64,000 nt of DNA from Candidatus Omnitrophota bacterium (GTDB taxonomy: Bacteria > Omnitrophota > Gorgyraeia > Zapsychrales > Zapsychraceae): positions 8,026-72,025 of the forward strand of contig JADFYE010000009.1 in NCBI GenBank assembly GCA_015233195.1, read 5' to 3'. Below the pieces are notes generated by a model. It was not told the DNA's origin, searched no databases, and was given only the letters and a program-made list of their open reading frames with translations. How positions within the stretch are numbered: the first letter of the stretch is position 1; each line of letters starts with the position of its first letter. The translations under genes and the position numbers were made by a program. Positions 45,179-55,743 of this stretch are shown here, piece after piece.

Positions 45179-46374
45179 TTTATCCTGAATATTTTCTTAA
45201 AAATTACTTTTAAAAAATTGCTATACACTTTTACCCACGGCATAAGATCATCCCAGGCAAAATAAGCGTGAGCATTAGGAATAGGCCAGTAACTTTTAAT
45301 CCATTTCCAAAAAGTGATTTCTTTATCCCGATGCATCTGATAAAAACATCCCAGATCCAATTCAAAATTCATAAACTTTGAATACTTTAATTTGATATCT
45401 GGACGCCCTACTTCGCCGATAACAAAATATTTATAAATAAAATACGGCAAATCTGCCCCTGCCTTAACCCTTAATTCACCATTAAAAGCAGTCCTCAAAT
45501 TAGCTTCCATCAAAAATGGTTCACCGCCGTCTGGATCAAGCTTGAACTCAAAACTAATCAATCCGTAATATTTAATAACCCCTAACGCTTTACGACCAGC
45601 TTCAATTATGCGCGAATTTTGCTCAGCAACTTCAGCAAAACACCCTATACCGAAATGCGGCGGATATTGACGGAGCTTATGAGTACATACCGAAAACACC
45701 TCTTCGCCTGCTTTATTACACAAAACATCAAATGTATAAATATTCGAATCCGGACCGCAAATAATTTGTTGAACCGCGAATCCGCCGGCAATATGACCAT
45801 GCTCTTTCCATATACGCAATAATTCTTCCCTATTATTTACAATAAAACCTTTACGTCCGTCAAATTTTTGCGCCCACAAATATGAAACTGCAGGTTTCAT
45901 AAAACACGGATATTTTAAATTTTCAACGTCTTGATGAACAGTGCTTGCATCAGATAACATCATTGTTTGTGGACATCTTATTCCTTGCTTAAAAGCAAAT
46001 TCAACAGTTTTTTGTTTATTTAAAAATATGGCAACAGTATCCGCATCTGGTAAAGCAAAATCAAAATATTCCTTTAATTCGTTCCGGTTAAGCGAAATGA
46101 ATTTTATATATTCATCAGAAGTAGGGAATAAAAAAGCCCGTCCTAATTCGCGTCCGATCCGTAAAATATCTGATTTAAATTGTTCAGGGTTATCTTTCAC
46201 ATTAGATAAAATATGTCGCGCCTTAAGATAACGGGAAAAATATCCGCAGTGTTTATGATTATCGCAACCAATGACTCCTATGTCTCGTCTAGCTAATGAA
46301 CGGATAACGGATAAACCATTTGCGGTCAACCCTAAAACCACAACCGGCGCATTATATTCGTTGTTCTTTTTCAT
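45175..46374 (-). CDS. ATP-grasp superfamily enzyme
   Basis: 'YPCFMKPA' and 'ISFEFKLDPDGGEPFLMEANLR' ATP-grasp fold patterns. Start probably 'MKKNNEY' (46374); the track ORF extends to 46401. Overlaps the upstream gene end. Confidence 0.65.
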   Translation of the reverse strand: MKKNNEYNAPVVVLGLTANGLSVIRSLARRDIGVIGCDNHKHCGYFSRYLKARHILSNVKDNPEQFKSDILRIGRELGRAFLFPTSDEYIKFISLNRNELKEYFDFALPDADTVAIFLNKQKTVEFAFKQGIRCPQTMMLSDASTVHQDVENLKYPCFMKPAVSYLWAQKFDGRKGFIVNNREELLRIWKEHGHIAGGFAVQQIICGPDSNIYTFDVLCNKAGEEVFSVCTHKLRQYPPHFGIGCFAEVAEQNSRIIEAGRKALGVIKYYGLISFEFKLDPDGGEPFLMEANLRTAFNGELRVKAGADLPYFIYKYFVIGEVGRPDIKLKYSKFMNFELDLGCFYQMHRDKEITFWKWIKSYWPIPNAHAYFAWDDLMPWVKVYSNFLKVIFKKIFRIK

Positions 46375-48844
46375 AAAGCAGTTCACTAAAAAGGTTATCA
46401 TATTTTTCGATCATGCGTTTATTCGAAAAATCCTTTATGATCTTATCTTGTGATGCTCGTCCCATAACTTGCCGAGCTAAAGGATCATTAATCAAACGCG
46501 TCAAAGCCGTCTTTAATGCGGTGACATCCGCTGGATCAACTAAAATACCATTCACCTCATCCTCGATCAACTCTATATTCCCGCCGACTCGAGTCGCTAT
46601 TACCGGCTTAGCAAATAACATATATTCCATAATAGCGTTCGACAACCCTTCACTTAATGAAGGCTGAACACAAATATCCGCGCGATTTAAAATCTGCCTG
46701 ACATCAGAACGCGACCCTAAAAATATTATCCGGTCATTAACGCCCAATTGTTCAACCAATTTTTTAAGTTCTCCACCCATATTATCATTACCCACCAATA
46801 CCAATTTAATTTTAAGATTATCCTTAGCTAATTCAGCTATAGCCTTAATTAAAAAATCATGTCCTTTAATGGGTTTAATATTTCCAACAGTCATAATTAC
46901 CACGTCTTCCGGATTAACCCCTGGGATCTTAACATTATTTGTAGAATTTAAAACATCACGTGTATCAATACCATTATGAATGACCCGTACTTTATCTTCC
47001 GGGATATTTTCCTGTACCAATATCAAATCCCGAATGGCATTAGCATTCCCCACGATCCTATCAGTTAAACGATCAATGAATTTGTATGCCCACACATGCA
47101 ATGGTTTCTTCCAAAATCCCATATCTCTACGATTAGAAATTACCACTGGAATATTTGCCAGCCGTCCGCATACTGTTCCCCAAATATCAGAACCAAAATG
47201 ATAGTTCATAACCACATCCGGCTGCTCTTTGCGGAGATATTTTATAAACCGAATCCCTTGATATATACCTGAAGCGCCATAAATCCGTTTGATTGGGAAT
47301 TCTAAAACTTCACAATTTAATTTCTCTACAATTTTCTTAAACTGAGGAGGTATTTTTTCCAATATCATAATAGATAATGTGAATTTAGATTTATCCAAAC
47401 CGCTCACTAATTCAAATAATTGTTTTTCAGCTCCTCCAGTTATACCGTCAAAAACATCTATGACCACACAGATCTTCATCACTTTATAATTTGTGTTTAA
47501 TTTTTGAATCAACACTGGTATTTTTTGATTTTTAGTATGGAACATGGTTTCAGCAAAATTAATGTTAACATCCATATTATCCGCGAATTTTTCAAACAAG
47601 ACTTTCCGGATTATTTTTAAATCAGCGTCAGTAAAATTATTATTTTTACGAATATTAAGATCTAAAATTCCTTTGCGGGATTGAACAAACTGAAATTGCA
47701 CTACCCGGTCATATATCCCTGGCAAATCTAGGTTGGTCACTGGTATTTGACTGCCATCTTTTGCGATAACAAAATTTTTTAAACGCCCTCCAATCAATTT
47801 AAAAAGAGGAAAATTCCTGCCGCAACTGCATGGTTCATTTAATAAATATCCGACATCTCCAGTTTGATACCGGATAAGAGGCATCGCAAAATTGGTTAAA
47901 CTCGTAACAACTATGTCCTGATATTCTTCACCGTTTTTATCAGAAATAAATTCAGTTATCCCGAACTCCGGGCATAAATGCAGTCCTTCATGTTCTTGAC
48001 ATTCACAACCAAGCACTGCCCGCTCTTCCATCCCATACCAATCAAAACATTTGCACCCCCAAAACTCTTCAATAAATTTCCTTTGACGATCAGAAAAAAA
48101 TTCCGAATGAACAATAATCCCTTTTATCAAACCCTCAGGTATAATTATTCCTTTTTCTTTAAGGCAAAGTGAAAAAAATTCTATTCCGCTTGGGTACCCA
48201 TTAATAAATTTCACATTAAAATCTTGAATAGCCTTGTAATAATCAACTGCATTATTCCGATTCAACCTATATGCAGATAAAAAAAGACGATTTCTATACC
48301 GGTTAAATTCAAATATTTTATTTTGCGATAACCGCCAATCTGACAACGAAGCCAACCGGTCGTCAATAGAACAACCTGCCCAAGAAAAAAAACGCCAGAC
48401 ATATGGATCAAAATTCAGATAATTTTTATTTTTTTCATACAACACGTTCAGCGGCGACCCAGTTGTGCCGCTGGTACTAAGAGTTATTAAATCTTTTCCG
48501 TGAAAATTATCCGCTTTAAGTTTACTAAAATTTTTACGGATCAGATCTTTGGTCAATACCGGAATTTTTTTTAGATCAGCTATAGATTTTATATCTGCAG
48601 GAGTTATGTGATTGGCATCAAAAAGTTCTTTATAATACTGCACATGCGCGTACGCGTGATCGATCAACGCATGTAAACATTCTAACTGATATTTTTCTAT
48701 ATCAGCCTTACTCATCCATTGCATTTTATTCAATTGATCTAACTGGGTAAAAAACCGCTTAGGAAGCCTAAGTTTTTGCGGTAAAAGACCAACAATATCC
48801 CGGACGCTGTTTTTTATAATTACAATTAATCTGTTTATGATCAT
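46352..48844 (-). CDS. fusion protein: CapK/PaaK-like adenylate-forming enzyme (N) + glycosyltransferase family 4 (C)
   Basis: N-half has 'STSGTTGSPL' AMP-binding motif and F390-synthetase/PaaK-like layout. C-half from ~aa 455 has 'PSLSEGLSNAIMEYMLFAKPVIATRVGGN' GT-B motif. Confidence 0.75.
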   Translation of the reverse strand: MIINRLIVIIKNSVRDIVGLLPQKLRLPKRFFTQLDQLNKMQWMSKADIEKYQLECLHALIDHAYAHVQYYKELFDANHITPADIKSIADLKKIPVLTKDLIRKNFSKLKADNFHGKDLITLSTSGTTGSPLNVLYEKNKNYLNFDPYVWRFFSWAGCSIDDRLASLSDWRLSQNKIFEFNRYRNRLFLSAYRLNRNNAVDYYKAIQDFNVKFINGYPSGIEFFSLCLKEKGIIIPEGLIKGIIVHSEFFSDRQRKFIEEFWGCKCFDWYGMEERAVLGCECQEHEGLHLCPEFGITEFISDKNGEEYQDIVVTSLTNFAMPLIRYQTGDVGYLLNEPCSCGRNFPLFKLIGGRLKNFVIAKDGSQIPVTNLDLPGIYDRVVQFQFVQSRKGILDLNIRKNNNFTDADLKIIRKVLFEKFADNMDVNINFAETMFHTKNQKIPVLIQKLNTNYKVMKICVVIDVFDGITGGAEKQLFELVSGLDKSKFTLSIMILEKIPPQFKKIVEKLNCEVLEFPIKRIYGASGIYQGIRFIKYLRKEQPDVVMNYHFGSDIWGTVCGRLANIPVVISNRRDMGFWKKPLHVWAYKFIDRLTDRIVGNANAIRDLILVQENIPEDKVRVIHNGIDTRDVLNSTNNVKIPGVNPEDVVIMTVGNIKPIKGHDFLIKAIAELAKDNLKIKLVLVGNDNMGGELKKLVEQLGVNDRIIFLGSRSDVRQILNRADICVQPSLSEGLSNAIMEYMLFAKPVIATRVGGNIELIEDEVNGILVDPADVTALKTALTRLINDPLARQVMGRASQDKIIKDFSNKRMIEKYDNLFSELLYEKEQRI

Positions 48845-48850
48845 AGTAAA

Positions 48851-50164
48851 TTAAGCATTATATAGCTTTTGCGTTTTAGGTTTTATATTTTTATTCACAC
48901 TTAAATAATTTAGCCTGCATACTAAAGCCAGAAAAACCCATAAAGTCGAACTTACTTCTGTATAGGTCCACCGGTCACCAAACATATTATTGAATATGAG
49001 CGTAACCATACACGCCGCAAACCCAATACCCAAACACTTTGATATATCATCGCGTCCTTTATCAAATAATTTTATTCCCTGCCAAAACATAGTGCCTAAT
49101 ACCAACAAAAAAATAAACATTCCTATAACACCTTGCTCTGCTAATACTTTCAAATATATGTTATGAGTATCTCTCAATTCAAATCCTAAATAACCGAAAA
49201 CACCAAATCCAGCACCTACAACAGGATTTTGACGAAAAATTTCTAAACTCTCATTCCAAACTGTAATCCTGCCCATATTAGACTTATCCAGCTCACCATA
49301 TTCATTTGTAGTCATATTAATCCGGTCCTGTACTTTTGCTGGAAGAAAACTCTGCCAAAACAAGCAAAGCAGCACAAGAGGTATCAACAGCCATCGCTTT
49401 TTAAACAAAAATAAAAATCCCAGCCCTGCAACTAAAGCTATATATGCTGCACGGGAATACAAAAACAACACGCAAAAAATATTTGCCGCAATAATACCGA
49501 TCAAAATTAATTTTAACAATTTATGTCGTAAAGCAAATAACAAGCTACACAATAAAATCGTATATTGATTATAAAATGCGGCTATCTCATTCGGTCCTAA
49601 ATACGAAAATGTGCTGTTGATCTTAACCCTTGATTCAATATTGTTAAACCATAAAATCTGACGTACAGTATAATAATCCATGACCACCATGGTCGCGCAA
49701 ATTATCAGTACTACCTGCCATACCATTTTTTCATCCCGCACATTGTTAAAAACCATAAAAAATAACAGCGGTAACATTAAAAAATTTTTCACCAGCTGCA
49801 ATCTGGTATCATCCAGCTGAAACTGCGAAACAGATGCAAGATATCCATATCCTCTAACAAAAGAAAAACAAATATACAAACCAAAAAGAAACAATACCAC
49901 ATTCATCCCACTTGGCTTAAACATAGCTTCCCTGCGGCTTAAAGCATTAACGACCCAGCCCACTATAATAAAAATAAATAAAATATTAACAAAACTACGT
50001 CCTCCAGGTAAAACCTGTAATTTGTCTATTACATTTCGTAATGGGAAAAGCACTACTACCAAAGTAAGCGCCCATTCCACTTTACCAAATAACGCCATCA
50101 AACAAGCAAAAATCCCTGCTCCATACACTAAATATAATGAACTTTGTAAAACCATTTCAACCAT
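48851..50164 (-). CDS. O-antigen ligase/polymerase-like (Wzy_C) membrane protein
   Basis: More than 10 TMs. 'YSRAAYIALVAGLGFLFL' Wzy_C-type loop region. Confidence 0.7.
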   Translation of the reverse strand: MVEMVLQSSLYLVYGAGIFACLMALFGKVEWALTLVVVLFPLRNVIDKLQVLPGGRSFVNILFIFIIVGWVVNALSRREAMFKPSGMNVVLFLFGLYICFSFVRGYGYLASVSQFQLDDTRLQLVKNFLMLPLLFFMVFNNVRDEKMVWQVVLIICATMVVMDYYTVRQILWFNNIESRVKINSTFSYLGPNEIAAFYNQYTILLCSLLFALRHKLLKLILIGIIAANIFCVLFLYSRAAYIALVAGLGFLFLFKKRWLLIPLVLLCLFWQSFLPAKVQDRINMTTNEYGELDKSNMGRITVWNESLEIFRQNPVVGAGFGVFGYLGFELRDTHNIYLKVLAEQGVIGMFIFLLVLGTMFWQGIKLFDKGRDDISKCLGIGFAACMVTLIFNNMFGDRWTYTEVSSTLWVFLALVCRLNYLSVNKNIKPKTQKLYNA

Positions 50165-50166
50165 AT

Positions 50167-51291
50167 CTATGACCTTTTACTTTTTTCAAAACACACTTTT
50201 AAAATTTCTTTTACCCGATCCCGAATATCAAATTTTTTGCGTATCCAGATTGGACCATTTTTAGCAAATGTTTCAGCTAAAGTATGATCTTTCGCTACTT
50301 TCAAGATCGCTTCTGCCAATGTTCGAGAATCTTCAGTAGGAACCAATAAACCAGTTTTACCATTATCAACTACTTCTGGAACACCTCCTACAGCAGTAGC
50401 TATGACCGGTATCCCTAACAACTGCGCTTCAGCTATAGATAAACCAAATGATTCAGCCCTTGAGGCACTAACATAAATATTCGTATCTTTTAAAACAAAA
50501 AACGGATAATCCTCTATAAATCCTAAAAAAAACACTTTATCTTTTATGCCTAGATCTTCTGCCATTTTCAAATACAATGACTGGTCTTGCCCACCCACTA
50601 TAACAAATCTGGCATCAGATATCTGGTCCACTACCATCCGCGCTGCCGGTAATAAAACATCAATGCCTTTTCGATGAATAAGTGATCCAATAAAAGTTAT
50701 AACTAATTCTCTTCCAGAAAAACCCAGTTCTTTACGGAGATCACGTTCAACGTTTTTAAAATTATATTTGTCCAACGCCAAACCATTATAAACCATATCG
50801 ATCGGTTTATTTATATGTAAAGCTTTTAAAAAATTACGGTTCGCATTAGAAACACAAATTATTTTATCAGTGAAAAAATTAATGAAACGAAGTTTTGAAA
50901 AATGCCGGTTTACAAAACCCAATTCTTTTATCGGTCGGATTTCCCCGTGATAATGAAAAATTACTTTTATTCCTTTAAATTTCAACCATAAAAACAAGCC
51001 CGCAAAATTCAAAGAATCGCAAAAATGAAAATTTACCGCATCCGGTCGCAAATCATTAACCAATTTTTTCATCGCTTTAACTGCCGCATTATTATCCCAA
51101 GGTAGCGGAACTACAAATACACCCGCGTTGTTTGAGCGCAATTTCCCAACAATAACCTCTTGCGACGCTGCTGGTACAACAAAATCCAGCTTAATATTAT
51201 CAGCCTGACACTGAGCTGCTAATTCCAAAAACAGGTCAGTAAACCCGCAGTCTTTTTTAATAGAACAATTAAATATTTCTAAAAGTTTCAT
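50167..51291 (-). CDS. glycosyltransferase family 4 (GT-B)
   Basis: 'SRAESFGLSIAEAQLLGIPVIATAVGGVPE' motif. Confidence 0.85.
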   Translation of the reverse strand: MKLLEIFNCSIKKDCGFTDLFLELAAQCQADNIKLDFVVPAASQEVIVGKLRSNNAGVFVVPLPWDNNAAVKAMKKLVNDLRPDAVNFHFCDSLNFAGLFLWLKFKGIKVIFHYHGEIRPIKELGFVNRHFSKLRFINFFTDKIICVSNANRNFLKALHINKPIDMVYNGLALDKYNFKNVERDLRKELGFSGRELVITFIGSLIHRKGIDVLLPAARMVVDQISDARFVIVGGQDQSLYLKMAEDLGIKDKVFFLGFIEDYPFFVLKDTNIYVSASRAESFGLSIAEAQLLGIPVIATAVGGVPEVVDNGKTGLLVPTEDSRTLAEAILKVAKDHTLAETFAKNGPIWIRKKFDIRDRVKEILKVCFEKSKRS

Positions 51292-52487
51292 CGTCCCTCC
51301 AACTGCATCATCATAAATTGGTCCATTTTATCGACCAGAACATCCCAATCATGTTCTTCAGAAAACCGTTCCCTCTTCTCCATAGCGCACTTATCCTCTT
51401 TAGAATTCAACGCTTCTTCGATCTGATATATGAAATCATCATAATTACGCGCTATTCTTATCAAACCTGGAATTCGCTGATCCAACAAAACCATTTCTTC
51501 AGTTGCCACAGACACTACTGGATCGCCGCACACAAAATATTCATTAAGTTTTAAAGCATAAACCTTATTCGTAAAATCATTAATCAGCCACGGAAAAACT
51601 CCCACATCAAAACTTTTTAAAAAATGCGGTAACCGCACAGGTTCTATCTTTCCCAAAAAATATACATTTGAAAACTTGCGTAATTCATCAAGTTTTTCAT
51701 TTTTAATTTCAAGCTGGTCCACTGGTCCTAAAAAAACAAAACTCCAGTTTAGCCGAGCTTTTACCGCGTGCAACAAAAGATCATAATCAATTTTTTTGCA
51801 TGTTTCAAAATTATTCCCGCCCATATAACCAATTATCGGATGAGGAATATCCTTAAGTTCTTGCGGTAATGAATATTGCTCCAACGTCCTCTGATATAAA
51901 GACAAATCAACCCCATTTGGGATTAATATAGTTTGCGGATTAAATAAAGCACCTTTTCGACGTAAAGTTTCCGAAGTTGCTACTATACCATCCACTTTTC
52001 TCATCAATTCTTGTTCTTTTCGTTCTGCCTCTGCAGCAATCCCGCCATAATTTTGATAGGCTAAATAATCATCATACAATTCATAAAAAACTGCTGTCTC
52101 CTTACATTGCCCCATAAACATATCAGCATCCCAAAAATCGTGCAGCCATAACACCCGAATATCCTGCTGATCCATTTTTAAACATAGGCGTAAACATAAT
52201 GATAAAAATATTTTATTAATACTACGGATTACAGAATTCCTGCCAAAAGGCAAAAGCATGAATAATGGAACAACCTGAATATCATTATTTTGTTTACGAC
52301 AAAAAATAAAACATATAAATCTAAAAACGCGTTTAAACCATTTTATACCTTTTACCGATGATATCAGCGGTTCAATCCACAACACTTTATGAACCCGTCC
52401 TAAGCGGCTGAAAATATTTTGTTGGCGACGTAAAGTATCATCCCAATCTATAGCAGAAACTAAAATAACTGTTATATTTTTATTCAT
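51288..52487 (-). CDS. putative glycosyltransferase (GT-B-like)
   Basis: Two-Rossmann layout. Weak GT-B C-terminal pattern ('VGVFPW...LKLNEYFVCGDPVVS'). Overlaps the neighbouring GT. Confidence 0.55.
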   Translation of the reverse strand: MNKNITVILVSAIDWDDTLRRQQNIFSRLGRVHKVLWIEPLISSVKGIKWFKRVFRFICFIFCRKQNNDIQVVPLFMLLPFGRNSVIRSINKIFLSLCLRLCLKMDQQDIRVLWLHDFWDADMFMGQCKETAVFYELYDDYLAYQNYGGIAAEAERKEQELMRKVDGIVATSETLRRKGALFNPQTILIPNGVDLSLYQRTLEQYSLPQELKDIPHPIIGYMGGNNFETCKKIDYDLLLHAVKARLNWSFVFLGPVDQLEIKNEKLDELRKFSNVYFLGKIEPVRLPHFLKSFDVGVFPWLINDFTNKVYALKLNEYFVCGDPVVSVATEEMVLLDQRIPGLIRIARNYDDFIYQIEEALNSKEDKCAMEKRERFSEEHDWDVLVDKMDQFMMMQLEGR

Positions 52488-52489
52488 AA

Positions 52490-54001
52490 CTAAACTGCTG
52501 GTTTTGGTTTTAAAATTGCCAAAAATTTATTACGCTCTTCACTCGAAAAACCCCAGAAAAATATTACAGCTGAGTATGTAATTGTAAATATCGCCCCAGT
52601 AACTATTAATTGTAAATAGTCCGCAGCTATCAGCCGATTAATACAAAAATAAACTATTCCTAAACATGCGCACCCCTTGAATAATGAAACAAAAAATAAA
52701 CTATAATATTTCATTAAAGGATATTTAATGATCTTGCATACATAAACCGGTTGTACCAGAACTGCCATAAATGCCATTGGGATAGCTGTCCCCCATGCCA
52801 CACCGATCATACCCATTTTTTTTACTAATATTAAACTCAACACCAAATTCATAACACCTTCGATGATATTAGTAATAGCATAAAATTTATGTTTAGATAC
52901 TCCATACAAAAGCTGGATCGACGGATTCTGCGCTGACGCGAAAATCGAGGGAATTGCCAAGATCACCAGAACATAATAACCTGGCATATATGCTGATCCC
53001 ATCCAACGTTGAATAAATGGTCCTCCTAAAATGATAAGCATCCCGCCTAAAAACATCGAAAAATACGCGCTGATCTTAGTAAGAAATAAAAATTTGCTGC
53101 GTAAATTTTCATAATCACCAGCGCCTTCATATCTGCTGAATAAAGGAATGAACATACCTAACGCGCCTGTAACAAAAAAACCTAAATAGCCATTCAACCT
53201 GAATCCAACTGAATACATTGTAACCGCGTTCAAATCAACGAACGCTGATATTACAAAATTATCAATATTGTATCTTAACCGGTCAGCAATCTTTATAACA
53301 AATGTAGTCATACTATAGTTGAATAAATACGGGAATTGGGCGCGGGTAACATGTTTTATGGCAAGTTCAAAATATGGCGCGATACGCTTGATCACAAACC
53401 ATAATAAAATGTAACCAAAAACATCTATACCGCAAGTGATCAAAGCCAAAGTCCAAATGCCGGCATAAAATTTAAAAAATATTACAATGGATGCTACCCG
53501 TATAATATCTTTTAGTAATTCAATAGTCGACCCTATATCAAACCGCATATGGGCTGAAAGTATACCGGAAAAAGCCCGCATCGGAAGACCTACCGCCAAA
53601 TTTAAACCTAATAAAAGCACGATTTGTTTTGCTAACCCAATCAGCAAGGTATCTTTAATAAATAAATGCAGAAAAAATGTTATGCCTACACAAAACAGAA
53701 AAAACAAAACTCCAAAAATTAAAAAACAAAATAATGTGGTATTAATTATCTGATTAGCTTCCAGATGATCATTCTTTGCTAAAGCTTTAGAAACATATCT
53801 TTCCAAAGCTGAACCAACCCCCAAATCAAATAACCAATAAAAACTTCCAATCGAAACAATTAACACCCAAAGCCCGTAAACTTTATCGCCTAACGCGTGT
53901 ATCAAAAACGGCATTAAAAATAATGATGAAATAATATTAAATAATAAGTTAGAGATACGTAAAAATGATCCTTTAGCCATTATTTTTGCTTTTGATGTCA
54001 T
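52490..54001 (-). CDS. polysaccharide flippase (Wzx, MOP superfamily)
   Basis: About 14 TMs, ~500 aa. Typical oligosaccharide flippase layout within the EPS locus. Confidence 0.75.
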   Translation of the reverse strand: MTSKAKIMAKGSFLRISNLLFNIISSLFLMPFLIHALGDKVYGLWVLIVSIGSFYWLFDLGVGSALERYVSKALAKNDHLEANQIINTTLFCFLIFGVLFFLFCVGITFFLHLFIKDTLLIGLAKQIVLLLGLNLAVGLPMRAFSGILSAHMRFDIGSTIELLKDIIRVASIVIFFKFYAGIWTLALITCGIDVFGYILLWFVIKRIAPYFELAIKHVTRAQFPYLFNYSMTTFVIKIADRLRYNIDNFVISAFVDLNAVTMYSVGFRLNGYLGFFVTGALGMFIPLFSRYEGAGDYENLRSKFLFLTKISAYFSMFLGGMLIILGGPFIQRWMGSAYMPGYYVLVILAIPSIFASAQNPSIQLLYGVSKHKFYAITNIIEGVMNLVLSLILVKKMGMIGVAWGTAIPMAFMAVLVQPVYVCKIIKYPLMKYYSLFFVSLFKGCACLGIVYFCINRLIAADYLQLIVTGAIFTITYSAVIFFWGFSSEERNKFLAILKPKPAV

Positions 54002-54020
54002 AGTTGCTTCTTTGGTGAAA

Positions 54021-54767
54021 TTATTTTTTCAGGATCACACTGACGCGGGTAATGAATAATTCGCGTAGCAGAGGAATTTTTGATAAAAAATTTATTTTTT
54101 TAAGCGCATCTAATCTTTGATAAACGATGTTAACCCCTGAGCGTTTAATGATCTTAAAAAATTTCCTTACTGATAATTTATTTAGTCCGCTGGTTACCTG
54201 TGTATATTTTGTGGCATTATCATTTCTATAACGCGCCCGCACCGTCATAACAGTGCGTTCCGAAAATAATAAATGCACCCAGGGGATCGATGTAAAAAAA
54301 TTCATATGAGCGCCATATGGAGAATACCAAGGCGGACCAAATGTAATAAATATATAACCCCCTGGTTTGACCAGTCCTAACATCTTATTAAAAATTTCCT
54401 CTGGATCATCAAAATGTTCAAAACTATTATGCGAAATAACAATATCATACTGCTCTTGAGACGATAATATTGTATTAAATGAAACCCTATTTGATAAATT
54501 CTCTTTAACTGCTGTTGCAGAAGCGATTTTTATATGACCTTCGTTAATATCAAAACCTTGAACATGTTTTGCGTTTGTTTTCGCAAGAGCCAGACTCTGA
54601 TAACCTTTACCACATCCAAAATCCAATATGGTTTTTTCTTGTACTAATGACAAAAATTGCGGGAACACCTCGACCAGATTAGCCAATGCCGCGTTGCTAT
54701 CTTCAGGTGCTGGATCTCCTGAAGCGGAATGCGAAAATTTTTCTAAAATCAACTTTCCAAGACACAT
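54021..54767 (-). CDS. class I SAM-dependent methyltransferase
   Basis: Motif I 'ILDFGCGKGYQ'. Post-I acidic residue 'GFDIN'. Confidence 0.8.
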   Translation of the reverse strand: MCLGKLILEKFSHSASGDPAPEDSNAALANLVEVFPQFLSLVQEKTILDFGCGKGYQSLALAKTNAKHVQGFDINEGHIKIASATAVKENLSNRVSFNTILSSQEQYDIVISHNSFEHFDDPEEIFNKMLGLVKPGGYIFITFGPPWYSPYGAHMNFFTSIPWVHLLFSERTVMTVRARYRNDNATKYTQVTSGLNKLSVRKFFKIIKRSGVNIVYQRLDALKKINFLSKIPLLRELFITRVSVILKK

Positions 54768-54788
54768 GACAAAATTATCCGTGAAAGA

Positions 54789-55733
54789 TTATAAACTTAA
54801 AAAATACTCTACAGTCTTTGCAAGCCCTTCTTCAAAATTTACCAAAGGCTTATACCCAATTTTTGATTTTATTAAAGAAATGTCAGCATGAGATTTATAG
54901 ATATCACCTGGGCGGATTGGTTTATGAATTGGCGCGATGTTTTTACCAAAAATTTTGTTCAACGCTTCGACTAAACGTAAGATCGTGACATTCTCACCGC
55001 ACGCCACATTAAAAATCTCATGTTTTAATCCAGGCGTTGTAGCTGAAAGATAATTAGCAGAGATTACGTTATCAATATAAGTAAAATCCCTTGATTGTAA
55101 TCCGTCGCCGAATATTGGGCAAGGCTGGTCTTTACGCATGCAATCAATAAATTTTGGGATAACTACCGCGTAATCATCGTCTAAAGCTTGACGTGGTCCA
55201 AAAATATTAAAATACCGCAGGCAAACAGTTTCTACTCCATAAGTTTCAGTGAAAATCTTGCAATAATATTCGCCGGCTAACTTACTTAACGCATATGGAG
55301 ACAATAAATTTGACGGTAAAGTCTCGACTTGCGGAAAAACTTTGACATCGCCGTAAACTGAACTTGAAGACGAGAATACTACCCTTTTAACATGAAATTT
55401 GTGGGCAGCACGCAATATAGTTAAAACCCCATTTATATTTACGTCATTGTACTCATAAGGATCTTCAAAAGATTTCGGCACAGTACGAAGCGCGGCTAAT
55501 AAAAGAATATAATCAACCCCCTCAACTGCTTTTTCTACAGTGGGGATGTCTCTAATATCACCTTTGATCAATTCAAATTTTGAAGCATATTTGGAAATAG
55601 CTTTTTGCAGATTTATTTCTTTACCGGAATAAAAATTATCTAAAACCCGGACGCTATGCCCCTGAATTAAAAGAAAATCTGTGATATTCGACCCAATGAA
55701 GCCAGCTCCGCCGGCAACAAGAAATTTTGACAT
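54789..55733 (-). CDS. NAD-dependent nucleotide-sugar epimerase (extended SDR, WbpP/TviC-like)
   Basis: 'VAGGAGFIGSN', 'LDNFYSGK', catalytic 'YALSKLAGE'. Confidence 0.85.
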   Translation of the reverse strand: MSKFLVAGGAGFIGSNITDFLLIQGHSVRVLDNFYSGKEINLQKAISKYASKFELIKGDIRDIPTVEKAVEGVDYILLLAALRTVPKSFEDPYEYNDVNINGVLTILRAAHKFHVKRVVFSSSSSVYGDVKVFPQVETLPSNLLSPYALSKLAGEYYCKIFTETYGVETVCLRYFNIFGPRQALDDDYAVVIPKFIDCMRKDQPCPIFGDGLQSRDFTYIDNVISANYLSATTPGLKHEIFNVACGENVTILRLVEALNKIFGKNIAPIHKPIRPGDIYKSHADISLIKSKIGYKPLVNFEEGLAKTVEYFLSL

Positions 55734-55743
55734 ATGCCCTTTC

